Positions 26,466-35,603 of a stretch of 47,261 bases of DNA are shown one piece after another. Source of the DNA: a virus. A program made the position numbers and the translations under genes. The stretch lies in the IMG/VR virus record IMGVR_UViG_3300012210_000003. One strand, 5' to 3'. The notes beneath the pieces are model-generated. The model was given only the letters and a program-made list of their open reading frames with translations, searched no databases and was not told where the DNA came from. Position 1 is the first letter of the stretch. Each line of letters starts with the position of its first letter.

Positions 26466-26990
26466 GTGAGCACCCACAGGTACAAGACGTTCAACAGCGC
26501 CATGGTCACCACAACATCTATGGTGCCCGTCACCACCGGCACGTCCATCAAAACCATGCTGCAGCTCGCGACGCCATCCACCCGGCAGATCACGATCATC
26601 TCGTGGGGCTGGGAAATCGACGCCCTACCAACGACCACCCTCACCGGGAAGATCGACCTGATCGAAGCCGACACCGGCGCCACCATCACACAGCACGTCG
26701 CGGCCGGTCTCCAACCGCTGCTACCGGGTGTGCCCGCATCGCAACTGCTGATCGCCACCACCGGGCAAACCGGGTACACGTCGTCGTCCGAAACCGCCCC
26801 GACGGTGACACGCACATTCGACCAGGACGAAATCAACGGCGCCACCTACCTCGGGATGACACCCGCCACAGACGAATACCAGTTCTTGCAGGACGAACGC
26901 CCAGTTGTCGCCGTCAGCAAGTTCGTGCGCGTCCGGGCCACATTCGGCAGCGCGGTGAACATGCTGTGCTGGATCGTTTGGGAAGAATAG
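26466..26990 (+). CDS. minor tail protein (first gene after the tape measure)
   Basis: Track ORF with a GTG start. Call rests on position only. Confidence 0.5.
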   Translation: MSTHRYKTFNSAMVTTTSMVPVTTGTSIKTMLQLATPSTRQITIISWGWEIDALPTTTLTGKIDLIEADTGATITQHVAAGLQPLLPGVPASQLLIATTGQTGYTSSSETAPTVTRTFDQDEINGATYLGMTPATDEYQFLQDERPVVAVSKFVRVRATFGSAVNMLCWIVWEE

Positions 26991-26993
26991 GCG

Positions 26994-29249
26994 ATGGCGT
27001 CGACGGCGGTACGGATCGATCGGTGGCGGGAGCGCGGCTCACCGGTCACTACCGGCCTGCCCGGATCCGGCGACGTCGGCGGCGTCCCCATCCTGCAGCA
27101 GCAGTTCGGGGACACGCTACGTGTGGTGGTCGAGATAGCGTGGGGCGCGAACCTGTCTGCGGACCAATCCACCTGGGGCTGGGTTGATGTCACCACCGAT
27201 GTGCAGATCGAAGACGATAGCAAGCATGTCACGATCACACCTGGCCGGGCCGACGAGGCGACCAGAACCCAACCGGCTACAGCCAACCTGACTTTGGACA
27301 ACCGGCTCGGCCGGTACAGCAAATCGGCTCTGTCGCCGAACTGGCCGAACGTCCGCAAGAACACTCCCGTTCGGATCCGGGTGATCTACCTCGGGGTCTC
27401 TAACACCCGGTTTGTCGGGTATGCCACCTCGTTTAAGCCGTCGTGGGACACCACCGGGAATTACGCCACCGTCGAACTGATCGCGAACGGGGAGCTGCGC
27501 AGGCTCAACCAGGGCCAGGACCCGCTCAGCTCCCCTTTGGAGCGGGCGAGTGTCGGCACCAGCCCGTTGGCGTACTGGCCGATGGAAGACAACTCGACCG
27601 CGACCTCGCTGGCGTCGCCGATACCGGGTGTGCAGCCGGCCGCGTTTTTCGGGTTGACTCTGGCATCGAACACGGGGCTGCCCGGGTCAACGGCGTTGCC
27701 GACGGCGACGAGTACCGGATCCATCCTGGCCGTGGTGCCCGCGTATGCCGCGACCCTGTATTGGGAGGTGCACTGGTATCAGCAGTGGGCGCAACCCACC
27801 AACGACCAGGTGTTGATTCACATCAACACGACGGGCACCTACCAGATTTGGGAGATCGTCGCCGACGGCACCTCCGACGCCGTCGGCCAAGCCTGGGTCC
27901 TCAACACGTACACCCCGGCCGGTGTGAAGACGGTCGTCGCGACGTTCGGCACCTCGCTGCTGTTCAAGAACTGGGCGTACTGCAAGTTCTTCGTGTCGGA
28001 GTCCGCCGGCGTGTTGACGTGGTTCTTCGAGATTTTCCCGGGGACAGGGCCGGGCGTCGGGGAAGCCCCGTCCGGGACGGTGGCCGGAGTCGCTGGCGCG
28101 GTGACGTCGCTGCAATGGGGTATCGGGGTCGCACTCGACATCACTGGCATGTCACTCGGGCACGCGGCAGTGTGGAACGCCCCCGTCAACCTGACCATAT
28201 TGGACCCCGCTAGGCACGGGTTCTCGGGCGAAAGCCCCACAGACCGCATCGCTAGGCTCGCTACCGAGCAAGGCGAACTCGTCAACATCAAAACCCCAGG
28301 CACATCTAGCGCGCTGATGGGTGCCCAAACCGTGGACACCTACACCAACCTGTTGCACGCCTGCGAGCAGGTGGACCAAGGGTTCCTGTACGACGGGTTC
28401 GACCAAGGCTTGACCTACCAGCCGCGCGGCGGACGGGAAAACGCGCTTCCGCTGCTCACCCTCAACGCCACCGCGCAGGATCTCACACCGCCGTTCGCCC
28501 CGATGGACGACGACCTGCTGACCCTGAACAAATACACCGCCACCCGCTCCGGTGGTTCGTCCGCCACCTACACCGACACCTCCGACGCGCTCGGCACGAA
28601 CACCGTCGGCACCTACTCCTCCGGTGACACGTTCAACAACCAGCTCGACACGGACCTGATCCAGTACGCGTCCTGGAAAGTGCATTTGCAAGGGACGGCG
28701 GACACCTACCGGTACCCGACGTTGCAGTTCAGCATCCACCGCCGCCCGGCACTGCTGGCCGCGTGGCTACAGACCCAACTGACGGTGCCGGTCACTATCA
28801 CCAACATCCAGTCCGCGCTGTCCTCGGCGCCACCCGAGGACATCAACCTGGTTCTCCAGGGCTACACCGAGACGCTCGGCAAATTCACTTGGGAGGTTGT
28901 GGCGAATGGGTCTCCCTACGATCCTTGGAGGATCACGGTGCTGGCAGCGGACACGGGCGACGGCAGCACCTTCCTGTGCCGCCTGGACACGGATGGGTCG
29001 CACGTGTCCGGGGCAGCGGCGGCCGGGGCAACATCCCTGTCGGTGGTCACCCCATCCGGTCCGTTGTGGACTGTGGCGGCCGATGATTTCCCCCTATACG
29101 TCACGATCGGCGGCCTGCGCATCACCGTCACCAACATCACCGGGTCGACGTCGCCGCAAACGTTCACCGTGGACGGCGCCACCGTGCTGAAGCAGGTCAA
29201 CGACGGCGACGCTGTCACCGTGTGGGACGAAACAGTGCTGGGATTGTGA
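26994..29249 (+). CDS. minor tail protein (751 aa)
   Basis: Track ORF. The N-terminal region resembles siphovirus distal-tail/tail-component proteins. Confidence 0.7.
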   Translation: MASTAVRIDRWRERGSPVTTGLPGSGDVGGVPILQQQFGDTLRVVVEIAWGANLSADQSTWGWVDVTTDVQIEDDSKHVTITPGRADEATRTQPATANLTLDNRLGRYSKSALSPNWPNVRKNTPVRIRVIYLGVSNTRFVGYATSFKPSWDTTGNYATVELIANGELRRLNQGQDPLSSPLERASVGTSPLAYWPMEDNSTATSLASPIPGVQPAAFFGLTLASNTGLPGSTALPTATSTGSILAVVPAYAATLYWEVHWYQQWAQPTNDQVLIHINTTGTYQIWEIVADGTSDAVGQAWVLNTYTPAGVKTVVATFGTSLLFKNWAYCKFFVSESAGVLTWFFEIFPGTGPGVGEAPSGTVAGVAGAVTSLQWGIGVALDITGMSLGHAAVWNAPVNLTILDPARHGFSGESPTDRIARLATEQGELVNIKTPGTSSALMGAQTVDTYTNLLHACEQVDQGFLYDGFDQGLTYQPRGGRENALPLLTLNATAQDLTPPFAPMDDDLLTLNKYTATRSGGSSATYTDTSDALGTNTVGTYSSGDTFNNQLDTDLIQYASWKVHLQGTADTYRYPTLQFSIHRRPALLAAWLQTQLTVPVTITNIQSALSSAPPEDINLVLQGYTETLGKFTWEVVANGSPYDPWRITVLAADTGDGSTFLCRLDTDGSHVSGAAAAGATSLSVVTPSGPLWTVAADDFPLYVTIGGLRITVTNITGSTSPQTFTVDGATVLKQVNDGDAVTVWDETVLGL

Positions 29250-29253
29250 CGAC

Positions 29254-29733
29254 ATGACGTTCACCGCAGGCAGCAAACTCCGGGCGTCCGATTTGGTCGC
29301 GGTCGACTCGCGGGGTACGTACAGTCGATACACGTCAACAACATCCGTTGCCGCCGGGGGAACGACTGTGATGGCGCCGACGCTGTCGCAGGGCTCAGGT
29401 ACCGGCCTGTCGCTGACGTCGAACCTGTTCACGCTGTCATCCGGCATCTGGGATGTTGACTACAACATTGAACTGTCCTCGGGTATCGGAACCAACACCT
29501 TCCTCAACCTCGTGATCAGCTCCAACACCACCGCGTCAGTACCTACCGGTTGGCTAGCGGGCGGAACGGGGTCGGGGAACGCCACGACGGGTTTCCTCGC
29601 TGGCTGCGCCAGCTACAAGATCCTCTCAGACGGGACAGCCACGGTGGCGTTCAAGATATTTTCCCCGGGAAGCGGACCATCGGGAGTACTCGGCGGGGTG
29701 AGCATGACGTTCGTTCGAGACGCGATCGTCTGA
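29254..29733 (+). CDS. minor tail / fibre-like protein (159 aa)
   Basis: Track ORF. Gly/Ser/Thr-rich. Last gene of the tail module. Confidence 0.5.
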   Translation: MTFTAGSKLRASDLVAVDSRGTYSRYTSTTSVAAGGTTVMAPTLSQGSGTGLSLTSNLFTLSSGIWDVDYNIELSSGIGTNTFLNLVISSNTTASVPTGWLAGGTGSGNATTGFLAGCASYKILSDGTATVAFKIFSPGSGPSGVLGGVSMTFVRDAIV

Positions 29734-29866
29734 CGGATGCTGGACCATACTGGAGGTGTGGTGACTGTCCATGACAGACCCACCGCACGGAACGAAAGGA
29801 CACCGCAGTGACAGATCAGGGCCCAGACCCCGCCCTGGCAAGGCTCAAGCCGCGCGGGAACGCCTG

Positions 29867-30148
29867 ATGAGCGCGCCTCAGCCAGAGCTAGGGCTGCCGT
29901 CGACCGGGGAGATCATGCGCGGCATCGGGCGGCTGGAGAAGTCCGTGAGCGACGTCGGCGACCAGATCGATCAGGTCGGTCAGCGCCTCGGTGACCGGCT
30001 CGGCGACCACGACAAGACACTCGCCCGGCACGATGAGCGGATCAGCACATTGGAGCGGGCGAGTCAGCGGACGTGGGAACGGGTGGGGGTGTGGATCGCG
30101 GCTGTGGCGGCGTTTCTGGCCGCCCTGTTGCCGCATCCGTGGAAGTGA
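29867..30148 (+). CDS. coiled-coil protein with C-terminal transmembrane helix
   Basis: Start moved to ATG 29867 because the upstream part of track ORF 29771.. has A/T-rich third positions. C-terminal VGVWIAAVAAFLAALL. Confidence 0.6.
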   Translation: MSAPQPELGLPSTGEIMRGIGRLEKSVSDVGDQIDQVGQRLGDRLGDHDKTLARHDERISTLERASQRTWERVGVWIAAVAAFLAALLPHPWK

Positions 30149-30152
30149 CAAA

Positions 30153-30878
30153 ATGAGTACCGAAAGGAAACAGACCGTGACCGCATTCCGCTATTTCAAG
30201 GAACTCGCTGGCAACCCGTTCCGTCTGGGACGCCACCAGGTCCACGACGCGCTACTGCCCGAACTGGAGGCCGTGTTCGAGGCGGGCGCGCAGGCCCGGA
30301 TCCTGTCGGTGGTGCACCAGGAGTTCGAGCCGTGCTTCGACCAGGGCCAGATCGGTTCGTGCACCGCGAACGCCGCGCTCGGTCTGCTGGTGTCCGATCC
30401 GTTCGGGCATCTGGGTGTCGGGTACACCGAGCGGGACGCGCTCGCCCTGTACGAACTGGAGACCAAGTTGGACGACCGGCAGATCCCCGGCGAGTACCCG
30501 CCGGACGACACCGGGTCGACCGGTCCGTGGTCGATGATGGCGTTGGAGAAGCAGGGCCGGATCCGGTCGTGGCGGCACACCCGTGCCCTGCACACCGCGC
30601 TGCGCCTGCTCAACACTGGCCCGGTCTCGATCGGTGTGCCGTGGTATCAGTCGATGTTCACCCCGAACTCGTCTGGCGTGTTGGTGGTGGATCAGTCCTC
30701 GGGCGTCGCGGGTGGCCATCAGATCGCGTTGACTGCGAACGATGTGACCGCGCAGCGGGTGTTGATCAGGAATTCGTGGGGTACGGGTTGGGGTCAGGGC
30801 GGGCATGCCTGGCTGGATTGGTCGGATTTCGATGCGTTGCTGCATGACGGCGGCGATGTTGTGCAGCCGGTGCTGTGA
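30153..30878 (+). CDS. papain-like (C1-type) cysteine peptidase, putative endolysin component
   Basis: QGQIGSCTANA (Cys), GGHQI (His) and IRNSWGTGWGQGGHAW (Asn-Ser-Trp) appear in canonical order. Lies in the lysis cassette. Confidence 0.7.
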   Translation: MSTERKQTVTAFRYFKELAGNPFRLGRHQVHDALLPELEAVFEAGAQARILSVVHQEFEPCFDQGQIGSCTANAALGLLVSDPFGHLGVGYTERDALALYELETKLDDRQIPGEYPPDDTGSTGPWSMMALEKQGRIRSWRHTRALHTALRLLNTGPVSIGVPWYQSMFTPNSSGVLVVDQSSGVAGGHQIALTANDVTAQRVLIRNSWGTGWGQGGHAWLDWSDFDALLHDGGDVVQPVL

Positions 30879-31153
30879 TGGCCGAGCAGAGGCCCAGCGT
30901 TGGGCGCGTTGTCCACTACGTCAGCCACGGCTCGCCGGTGCGGCCGGACGGCACGCAGGCGTTCACCTCCGTGTGCCGCGCGGCGGACGTCACTGAGGTG
31001 GCCGACCCGAACTTCGGCGAGGGCGAGACCCGGGTCGGCCTGATGGTGAAGAACCCGACGGGGCTGTTCTTCCATTCGCTGGCCGACGGCGGCTGCGAGC
31101 ACGACGAGGACACCAAGGCTGGCGGTACGTGGCACTGGCCGGAGCGTGTGTGA
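30875..31153 (+). CDS. hypothetical protein (92 aa)
   Basis: Track ORF, coupled at both ends. Confidence 0.65.
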   Translation: MMAEQRPSVGRVVHYVSHGSPVRPDGTQAFTSVCRAADVTEVADPNFGEGETRVGLMVKNPTGLFFHSLADGGCEHDEDTKAGGTWHWPERV

Positions 31154-31458
31154 TGCCCACCGCGCTGCACCGTCGGTCCTCAGCGGACATCGACCTCACC
31201 CTGCGGGTGCTGCGGGGCACGTGGCGGTGGCAGCCGCCGCACGAGCCACCGGTGTCGGCCGCCACCCTGGCCACGATGCTCACCGAGCTGGCCGTGGGCC
31301 TGCGCGGGGAGTCCGGCGAGACCGACCTGACACGGCGGCTGCTGGCGATGTCCGGGTGGCTGAACTCGCCGCTGGAGTGCCCGTGGGTGCTGCAACCGCC
31401 CGCTCGCGCACGGGTGCGTCGGCGTTGGTCGCTGAGACGGAAGGACCTACCGCGATGA
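31153..31458 (+). CDS. hypothetical protein (101 aa)
   Basis: ATG 31153 (TGATG overlap). In frame with track ORF 31129..31458. Confidence 0.6.
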   Translation: MPTALHRRSSADIDLTLRVLRGTWRWQPPHEPPVSAATLATMLTELAVGLRGESGETDLTRRLLAMSGWLNSPLECPWVLQPPARARVRRRWSLRRKDLPR

Positions 31459-31775
31459 CCGATCACGAGGTTCCGCCGATCGATATCGGCTATGGGCACA
31501 GCATCCGGTTCTACGGCTGGGCGCCGGACCGCGCGCTGAATCCGCAGTACGCCGGACTGCCCGACATCGACCGGGCCGCCGTCGAGGTCACGCACACCAA
31601 GCCGGACGGTTCGCCGTGCATGTCGGCCGCCACCTTCGACACGGTCCCCGGTACCGAGCCGCACCGCACGTGGCACGTCGAGCAGGACGATCCGCTGACC
31701 CTGTCGCCGTCGCTGTTATGCACCGCGTGCGGCGATCACGGTTTCATCCGCAACGGACAGTGGGTGCCGGCATGA
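31455..31775 (+). CDS. hypothetical protein (106 aa, C-terminal CTACGDHGF motif)
   Basis: ATGA-coupled start. In frame with track ORF 31146..31775. Confidence 0.65.
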   Translation: MTDHEVPPIDIGYGHSIRFYGWAPDRALNPQYAGLPDIDRAAVEVTHTKPDGSPCMSAATFDTVPGTEPHRTWHVEQDDPLTLSPSLLCTACGDHGFIRNGQWVPA

Positions 31776-32701
31776 CGGGTGGCAAGTGGGGCGATGCGGC
31801 CGGGAAGCCTGACCCGCAGAAACTGGTGCGCCAAGGCTTCGAGGGCTTGTTCTTGTACTTCGGGACGCCCCAGTACGCGAAGAACTGCACGCCGGCCTAC
31901 TACCGGGCCGTGAGGGCGGCGGGGCTCGGCGCGATCGGGGTAGTGGAGCACGACCAGCACGATGCCGAACTCGGCGCGGCCACAGGCGCGAGCTACGCGC
32001 AGGCCGGGTTGGCTGACATGGCCGCGCAGGGCGCGGTTGGGATCCCGCTGGGTGTGACTGCTGACGAACACCTCACGGCTGGCCAGATCCCCACGGCGGT
32101 CGCATTCCAGGCTGCCGCCAGCCAGGTCATTCGCGCGGCCAGTCGCGAGGCGATGGGCTACGGCTTCCAGGAGTTCATCCACGCCCTGCGTGCTCGTGGG
32201 CTGGTGGACATCGAGTGGCAGGCAGGATCGCTGTCCCTCGTGGACAGCCTGACGCACTTCTGGCAGGACAACACCGGCACCGAGACGGTCGGACTGGTGA
32301 TCGTAGACCGCGATTGGCGGCGCAGGCCGCTACCTGGAGGAGACATGAGCTTCGATCTCACCACCCAGCTCCCGGACCCCGCATCCGTCGCTGGGACCGG
32401 CACCGTGCAGGAGGCCCTGGCGACCGCCCTGTACGGCATCGGAGGTAAGCGCAACGGCGGCGCACTGGCAAACGCCGTCGCCTCGATCCAGACCCAGCTC
32501 ACCGCGATCCAGGGCGCACTGACCCAGGAGGAGGCCGACCTACTGGCCGCGGTCAAGGGTGTGACGGCCGGCGCAGTGGACGTGAAGACCTTCGCCGCCG
32601 CGCTCGCACCGATTCTGGCACCGATCCTGGCCCCGCTCCTGCCGGCCGGTGCGACCCCGGCGGAGTTCATCGCCGCGCTCGACGCGCAGCTCGGCAAGTA
32701 G
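31772..32701 (+). CDS. glycoside-hydrolase-like (Rv2525c/DUF1906-like) putative endolysin
   Basis: ATGA-coupled start. The N-terminal ~190 aa resemble the Rv2525c-type fold (from memory). Ala/Leu/Pro-rich C-terminus. Next to the holin. Confidence 0.55.
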   Translation: MTGGKWGDAAGKPDPQKLVRQGFEGLFLYFGTPQYAKNCTPAYYRAVRAAGLGAIGVVEHDQHDAELGAATGASYAQAGLADMAAQGAVGIPLGVTADEHLTAGQIPTAVAFQAAASQVIRAASREAMGYGFQEFIHALRARGLVDIEWQAGSLSLVDSLTHFWQDNTGTETVGLVIVDRDWRRRPLPGGDMSFDLTTQLPDPASVAGTGTVQEALATALYGIGGKRNGGALANAVASIQTQLTAIQGALTQEEADLLAAVKGVTAGAVDVKTFAAALAPILAPILAPLLPAGATPAEFIAALDAQLGK

Positions 32702-32710
32702 GAGGACATC

Positions 32711-32971
32711 ATGCTGACGATCTGGCAGTCCGTGTGGTCCGCGATCAAGTCCGGTGCGTGGGTCGGCTACGCCGGCACACTCGTCGGGCTCGCCACGACC
32801 ATCGGGCTACTCACCCAGTCCCAGGGCAACACGGCCGCGCAGTTGGTGGCCAGCATCGGGACAGCCGTGGCGGCGATCATGGCCCTGACGCACACCGGGC
32901 ACGCGGCCGGGTTGCTGCGCCGCAACGCGAACCTACGGGCGATGAAGACGCCCGCCGAACGCATCCCGTAG
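32711..32971 (+). CDS. holin-like protein (86 aa, two hydrophobic helices)
   Basis: AWVGYAGTLVGLATTIGLL and AAQLVASIGTAVAAIMAL helices with a basic C-terminus. Last gene of the rightward late operon. Confidence 0.6.
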   Translation: MLTIWQSVWSAIKSGAWVGYAGTLVGLATTIGLLTQSQGNTAAQLVASIGTAVAAIMALTHTGHAAGLLRRNANLRAMKTPAERIP

Positions 32972-33208
32972 GGCGGTCTGACCGCCAGTCCCCCGAGACG
33001 GCCGCTGGTCCCCCCTGCGTTCATCCCCGACATACGTTGTGGTGGTGACTTCGACGGTGGTGTGTCCATTTTCAGCACAGTCGGCCACGTCGTCGGTCAT
33101 TCCCTTCTGCACCCACCACGGTCTCCCGAGCGCCCTACCAGGGGCGGCCCGCTCTCCCGGGAGACCGTGGTCGGCCGGTGCGCTAGCAGTTCGCAACCGG
33201 TCGATTCC

Positions 33209-33541
33209 CTATCGGGTGGATCCACAGCGCCCGGACTGGGCAAGCACCGACTCGACCGCGTCGGCCTCGGCCTCCGTGTCGGCCATGTGCTGCTGCACAA
33301 GCCCGATCGGATCGGTGACCCAGGGGCAGTCCTGCACGAGGATGCGAGGCACGTCGGCCGGCGTGACGGTGTCACCGACGGTGGCGACGAGGCGCGTGAG
33401 CGCGCCGGCCAGGTGCGCGTCGGTCCACGGCGCCGACGGCGGTCCGGGATGGTCACTGCTGGCGACCAGCCCGGTGACGGCGGCCAACAGAGCGAGAGCG
33501 GCCAGCGCGATCGCGGCGCCTCTGGCTATGGACCTGGTCAT
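33209..33541 (-). CDS. secreted/exported protein (110 aa) with signal-peptide-like N-terminus
   Basis: Start at ATG 33541-33539 (ATGA overlap with the upstream gene). N-terminus MTRSIARGAAIALAALALLAAVTGLVASS. Very G/C-rich third positions. Confidence 0.7.
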   Translation of the reverse strand: MTRSIARGAAIALAALALLAAVTGLVASSDHPGPPSAPWTDAHLAGALTRLVATVGDTVTPADVPRILVQDCPWVTDPIGLVQQHMADTEAEADAVESVLAQSGRCGSTR

Positions 33542-33777
33542 ACGATCGGCCGCCTGGGCATGTGCCGCTCCAGTACGTCCCGGATGGCCAGAAGCGCACG
33601 CCGCCCGGCCTGGTGCCGTCGCGGGTCGGGTGACGTGCACGTGATCGCCCCGTCGCGGAGGGCGATGGCTTCGGCTTCGGTGAGCCACACTTCCAACCGG
33701 ACGGTGGGCGTGCCGACCGGGTCGGGGCGACTCGTGTCGGGTCGTGCGGGCTTGGCGCGTTGCCGGACGGCGGTCAT
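33538..33777 (-). CDS. hypothetical protein (79 aa)
   Basis: ATGA overlaps at both ends. In frame with track ORF 33538..33807. Confidence 0.6.
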   Translation of the reverse strand: MTAVRQRAKPARPDTSRPDPVGTPTVRLEVWLTEAEAIALRDGAITCTSPDPRRHQAGRRALLAIRDVLERHMPRRPIV

Positions 33778-34259
33778 CGCGTCTTCCTCGGGGCGGCGAG
33801 ACTCCACAGGGCCTCGATCAGCTCCCGCAGCTCGCGGGGGTTCATGGTGGCGGACTGCCCGGCCGGCAGCGTGAGCCCGGCGTCATGCCGCCCGACCGGG
33901 TAGGCCCGCACCCGCGCCGACCGGCCGACCGCGTCCACGCACGGGATCAGCCACTCACCCTCACGGCAGAGAGCGGGCGCGCGGGGTGCGGGCCCGGCAG
34001 GACGATCGGGCGGGGACGTCACGGGCTCCCGGTTGACCGTCCACGAGAAGCGGCGGGCGGGGACGGCAGGCGGGGCCGCCCTGCCCACCGTCCCCTTCGG
34101 TGCGGCGGAACGGGCACCAGAGGCAGGGACGGTCTCCTCGCTGGCCTGTTCCGTCGCGCCGTCGGGCACGGCGGTGGATCCCCCGGGGCTGGAGGCACCC
34201 GCGGCCACCGCCGTGCGTCCAGGCGCCCCGGATGGCGGGGCGGTCCGGTTGGTGCACAT
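33774..34259 (-). CDS. hypothetical protein (161 aa, Ala/Pro-rich N-terminal half)
   Basis: Track ORF. G/C-rich third positions throughout. The start is uncertain. Confidence 0.55.
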   Translation of the reverse strand: MCTNRTAPPSGAPGRTAVAAGASSPGGSTAVPDGATEQASEETVPASGARSAAPKGTVGRAAPPAVPARRFSWTVNREPVTSPPDRPAGPAPRAPALCREGEWLIPCVDAVGRSARVRAYPVGRHDAGLTLPAGQSATMNPRELRELIEALWSLAAPRKTR

Positions 34260-34388
34260 GGCCTACACCATAGGCGAACGCGTGCGAACGCGACACCAAC
34301 GATTGGGTGAACCACGACAACCACGGTCGAGCACAGGTATTCGCAGGTCACAGCGGCAGGCACGGTCAAATACGGACAGTTGTGACGC

Positions 34389-34586
34389 ATGATCTACGGC
34401 ATGACCGCACGTCGCGTACCGACCGGTGAAGCCGCGAAGGCCATCGGTGTGGACGTGCGCACCCTGCAACGCTGGGTCGAGAACGGTCTCGTCGAGCCGG
34501 ACGGCTACACGGCGGGCGGGCACATGCGGTGGGACGTCGAACGGCTCCGCACCGCGCTACGCGACCTGCGGCAACGCGACGAGTAG
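34389..34586 (+). CDS. MerR/excisionase-type HTH protein (possible RDF or regulator)
   Basis: AAKAIGVDVRTLQRWVENGLVEPD...GGHMRW fits the MerR-superfamily HTH. Alternative start at ATG 34401. Confidence 0.7.
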   Translation: MIYGMTARRVPTGEAAKAIGVDVRTLQRWVENGLVEPDGYTAGGHMRWDVERLRTALRDLRQRDE

Positions 34587-34590
34587 CCGG

Positions 34591-34809
34591 TCAGTGGTTG
34601 GCCGCGCCGACCAGGATCGCGACCACGACCACCACGGCCGGCACGACAATCAGCACCCACCACAGGATCAGTTTCATCGTGTGGATCTCCCGAACCAGCA
34701 CCATGAGCAGCTTGCTCTGTTCCTCCTCCTCGGTGTCCGAGGATTCCACGATGTTCGTGAGTTTCCGTTCGAACTGGCTGAGGCCGGGGTAGCTGCGGAT
34801 ATCGGGCAT
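34591..34809 (-). CDS. tail-anchored membrane protein (72 aa)
   Basis: Start at ATG 34809, preceded by GGAG. Acidic middle (DTEEEEQ). C-terminal helix LILWWVLIVVPAVVVVVAILVGA. Lower-G+C patch. Confidence 0.6.
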   Translation of the reverse strand: MPDIRSYPGLSQFERKLTNIVESSDTEEEEQSKLLMVLVREIHTMKLILWWVLIVVPAVVVVVAILVGAANH

Positions 34810-34868
34810 CGGGTGCTCCGTGGGTGCGGCGGGGTGCTGCACGGCTATCGCCTCCAGTGCTCGGGTGG

Positions 34869-35603
34869 TTACAGGGTGCTGGTCAGCACTGCTCGCATCG
34901 GCCAGTCCATCGTCACGTCATCAGCCGGTTTGCCCTGGCCACGCAGGTACTCGACGAAATGCGTGGCCCATTCCCGGTGCCATGCGGCCTGCCGGATCTG
35001 CAACGTGTCCAGGTCGTCGCACGCCACCGGGTACCGGTGCGCGATCTTCCACGCGACCCGCGCGGCGCACAGGGCATCCGCTGTCGAGCCGTGCGCGTCC
35101 GCGTCGGAGATCGGGACACCGTAATGCGACGACGTGGCGGTCAGGGTGCGCTTGCCGCGCCGGTATCGGTCCAGCGCCCGGTCGATCACGAGCGGGTCGA
35201 CAACGCGCAGCGGCCCGGTCGTCATGCTCGGGTCCGTCAACGTCGCCAAGCCATAGCGCCGGCACTCCCGATCAAGCAAGGTCAGGTCGTACGGCGCGTT
35301 GTACACAATGAGCGGCGCGCCCTGCTCGACATGCATGGCCAGCGTCGTGCAGATGTCGACCAGCGCGGTGTCCGGCCGCTGCCCTTCGGCTTGGGCGTGC
35401 TCCGTGGTGACGCCGTGCACCTCGGTTGCGGCGGCCGGGATCTCGACACCCGGGTCGATGAGCCACGAACCGATGTGTGGCTTCTCGCCCGGTCGGATGA
35501 CGATCACGGATGCGGTGACGATGCGGGCGGTCTCCGGGTCTATGCCGGTGGTCTCGGTGTCGAATGAGACAAGGGTGCCGTTGGCCCATGCGGGCGCGGT
35601 CAC
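34869..35603 (-). CDS. DEDDh 3'-5' exonuclease (DnaQ/epsilon-like)
   Basis: VSFDTETTG (Exo I), YNAPYDLTLL (Exo II) and HGSTADA (Exo III, H-x4-D). GTG start 35603 forms a GTGA overlap with the upstream membrane gene. Confidence 0.85.
   Translation of the reverse strand: MTAPAWANGTLVSFDTETTGIDPETARIVTASVIVIRPGEKPHIGSWLIDPGVEIPAAATEVHGVTTEHAQAEGQRPDTALVDICTTLAMHVEQGAPLIVYNAPYDLTLLDRECRRYGLATLTDPSMTTGPLRVVDPLVIDRALDRYRRGKRTLTATSSHYGVPISDADAHGSTADALCAARVAWKIAHRYPVACDDLDTLQIRQAAWHREWATHFVEYLRGQGKPADDVTMDWPMRAVLTSTL

Noticed and set aside
29314-29323. A 9/10 copy (GGTACGTACA) of the junction palindrome inside the minor tail gene.
   Set aside because: It has one mismatch, lies in coding sequence (R-G-T-Y-S) and has no partner sites, so it is most likely chance.
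32933-33100. A 55-aa minus-strand ORF with a good Shine-Dalgarno (AGAAGGGA-ATG) that overlaps the holin 3' end.
   Set aside because: It has mixed codon bias, a 39-nt antisense overlap with the holin and no motif. It cannot be supported without expression data.
33039-33874. Plus-strand ORFs of 201 and 270 aa opposite the leftward genes.
   Set aside because: The minus-strand frames have the G/C-rich third positions and ATGA coupling. The plus-strand products are Ser/Arg/Pro-rich low complexity.
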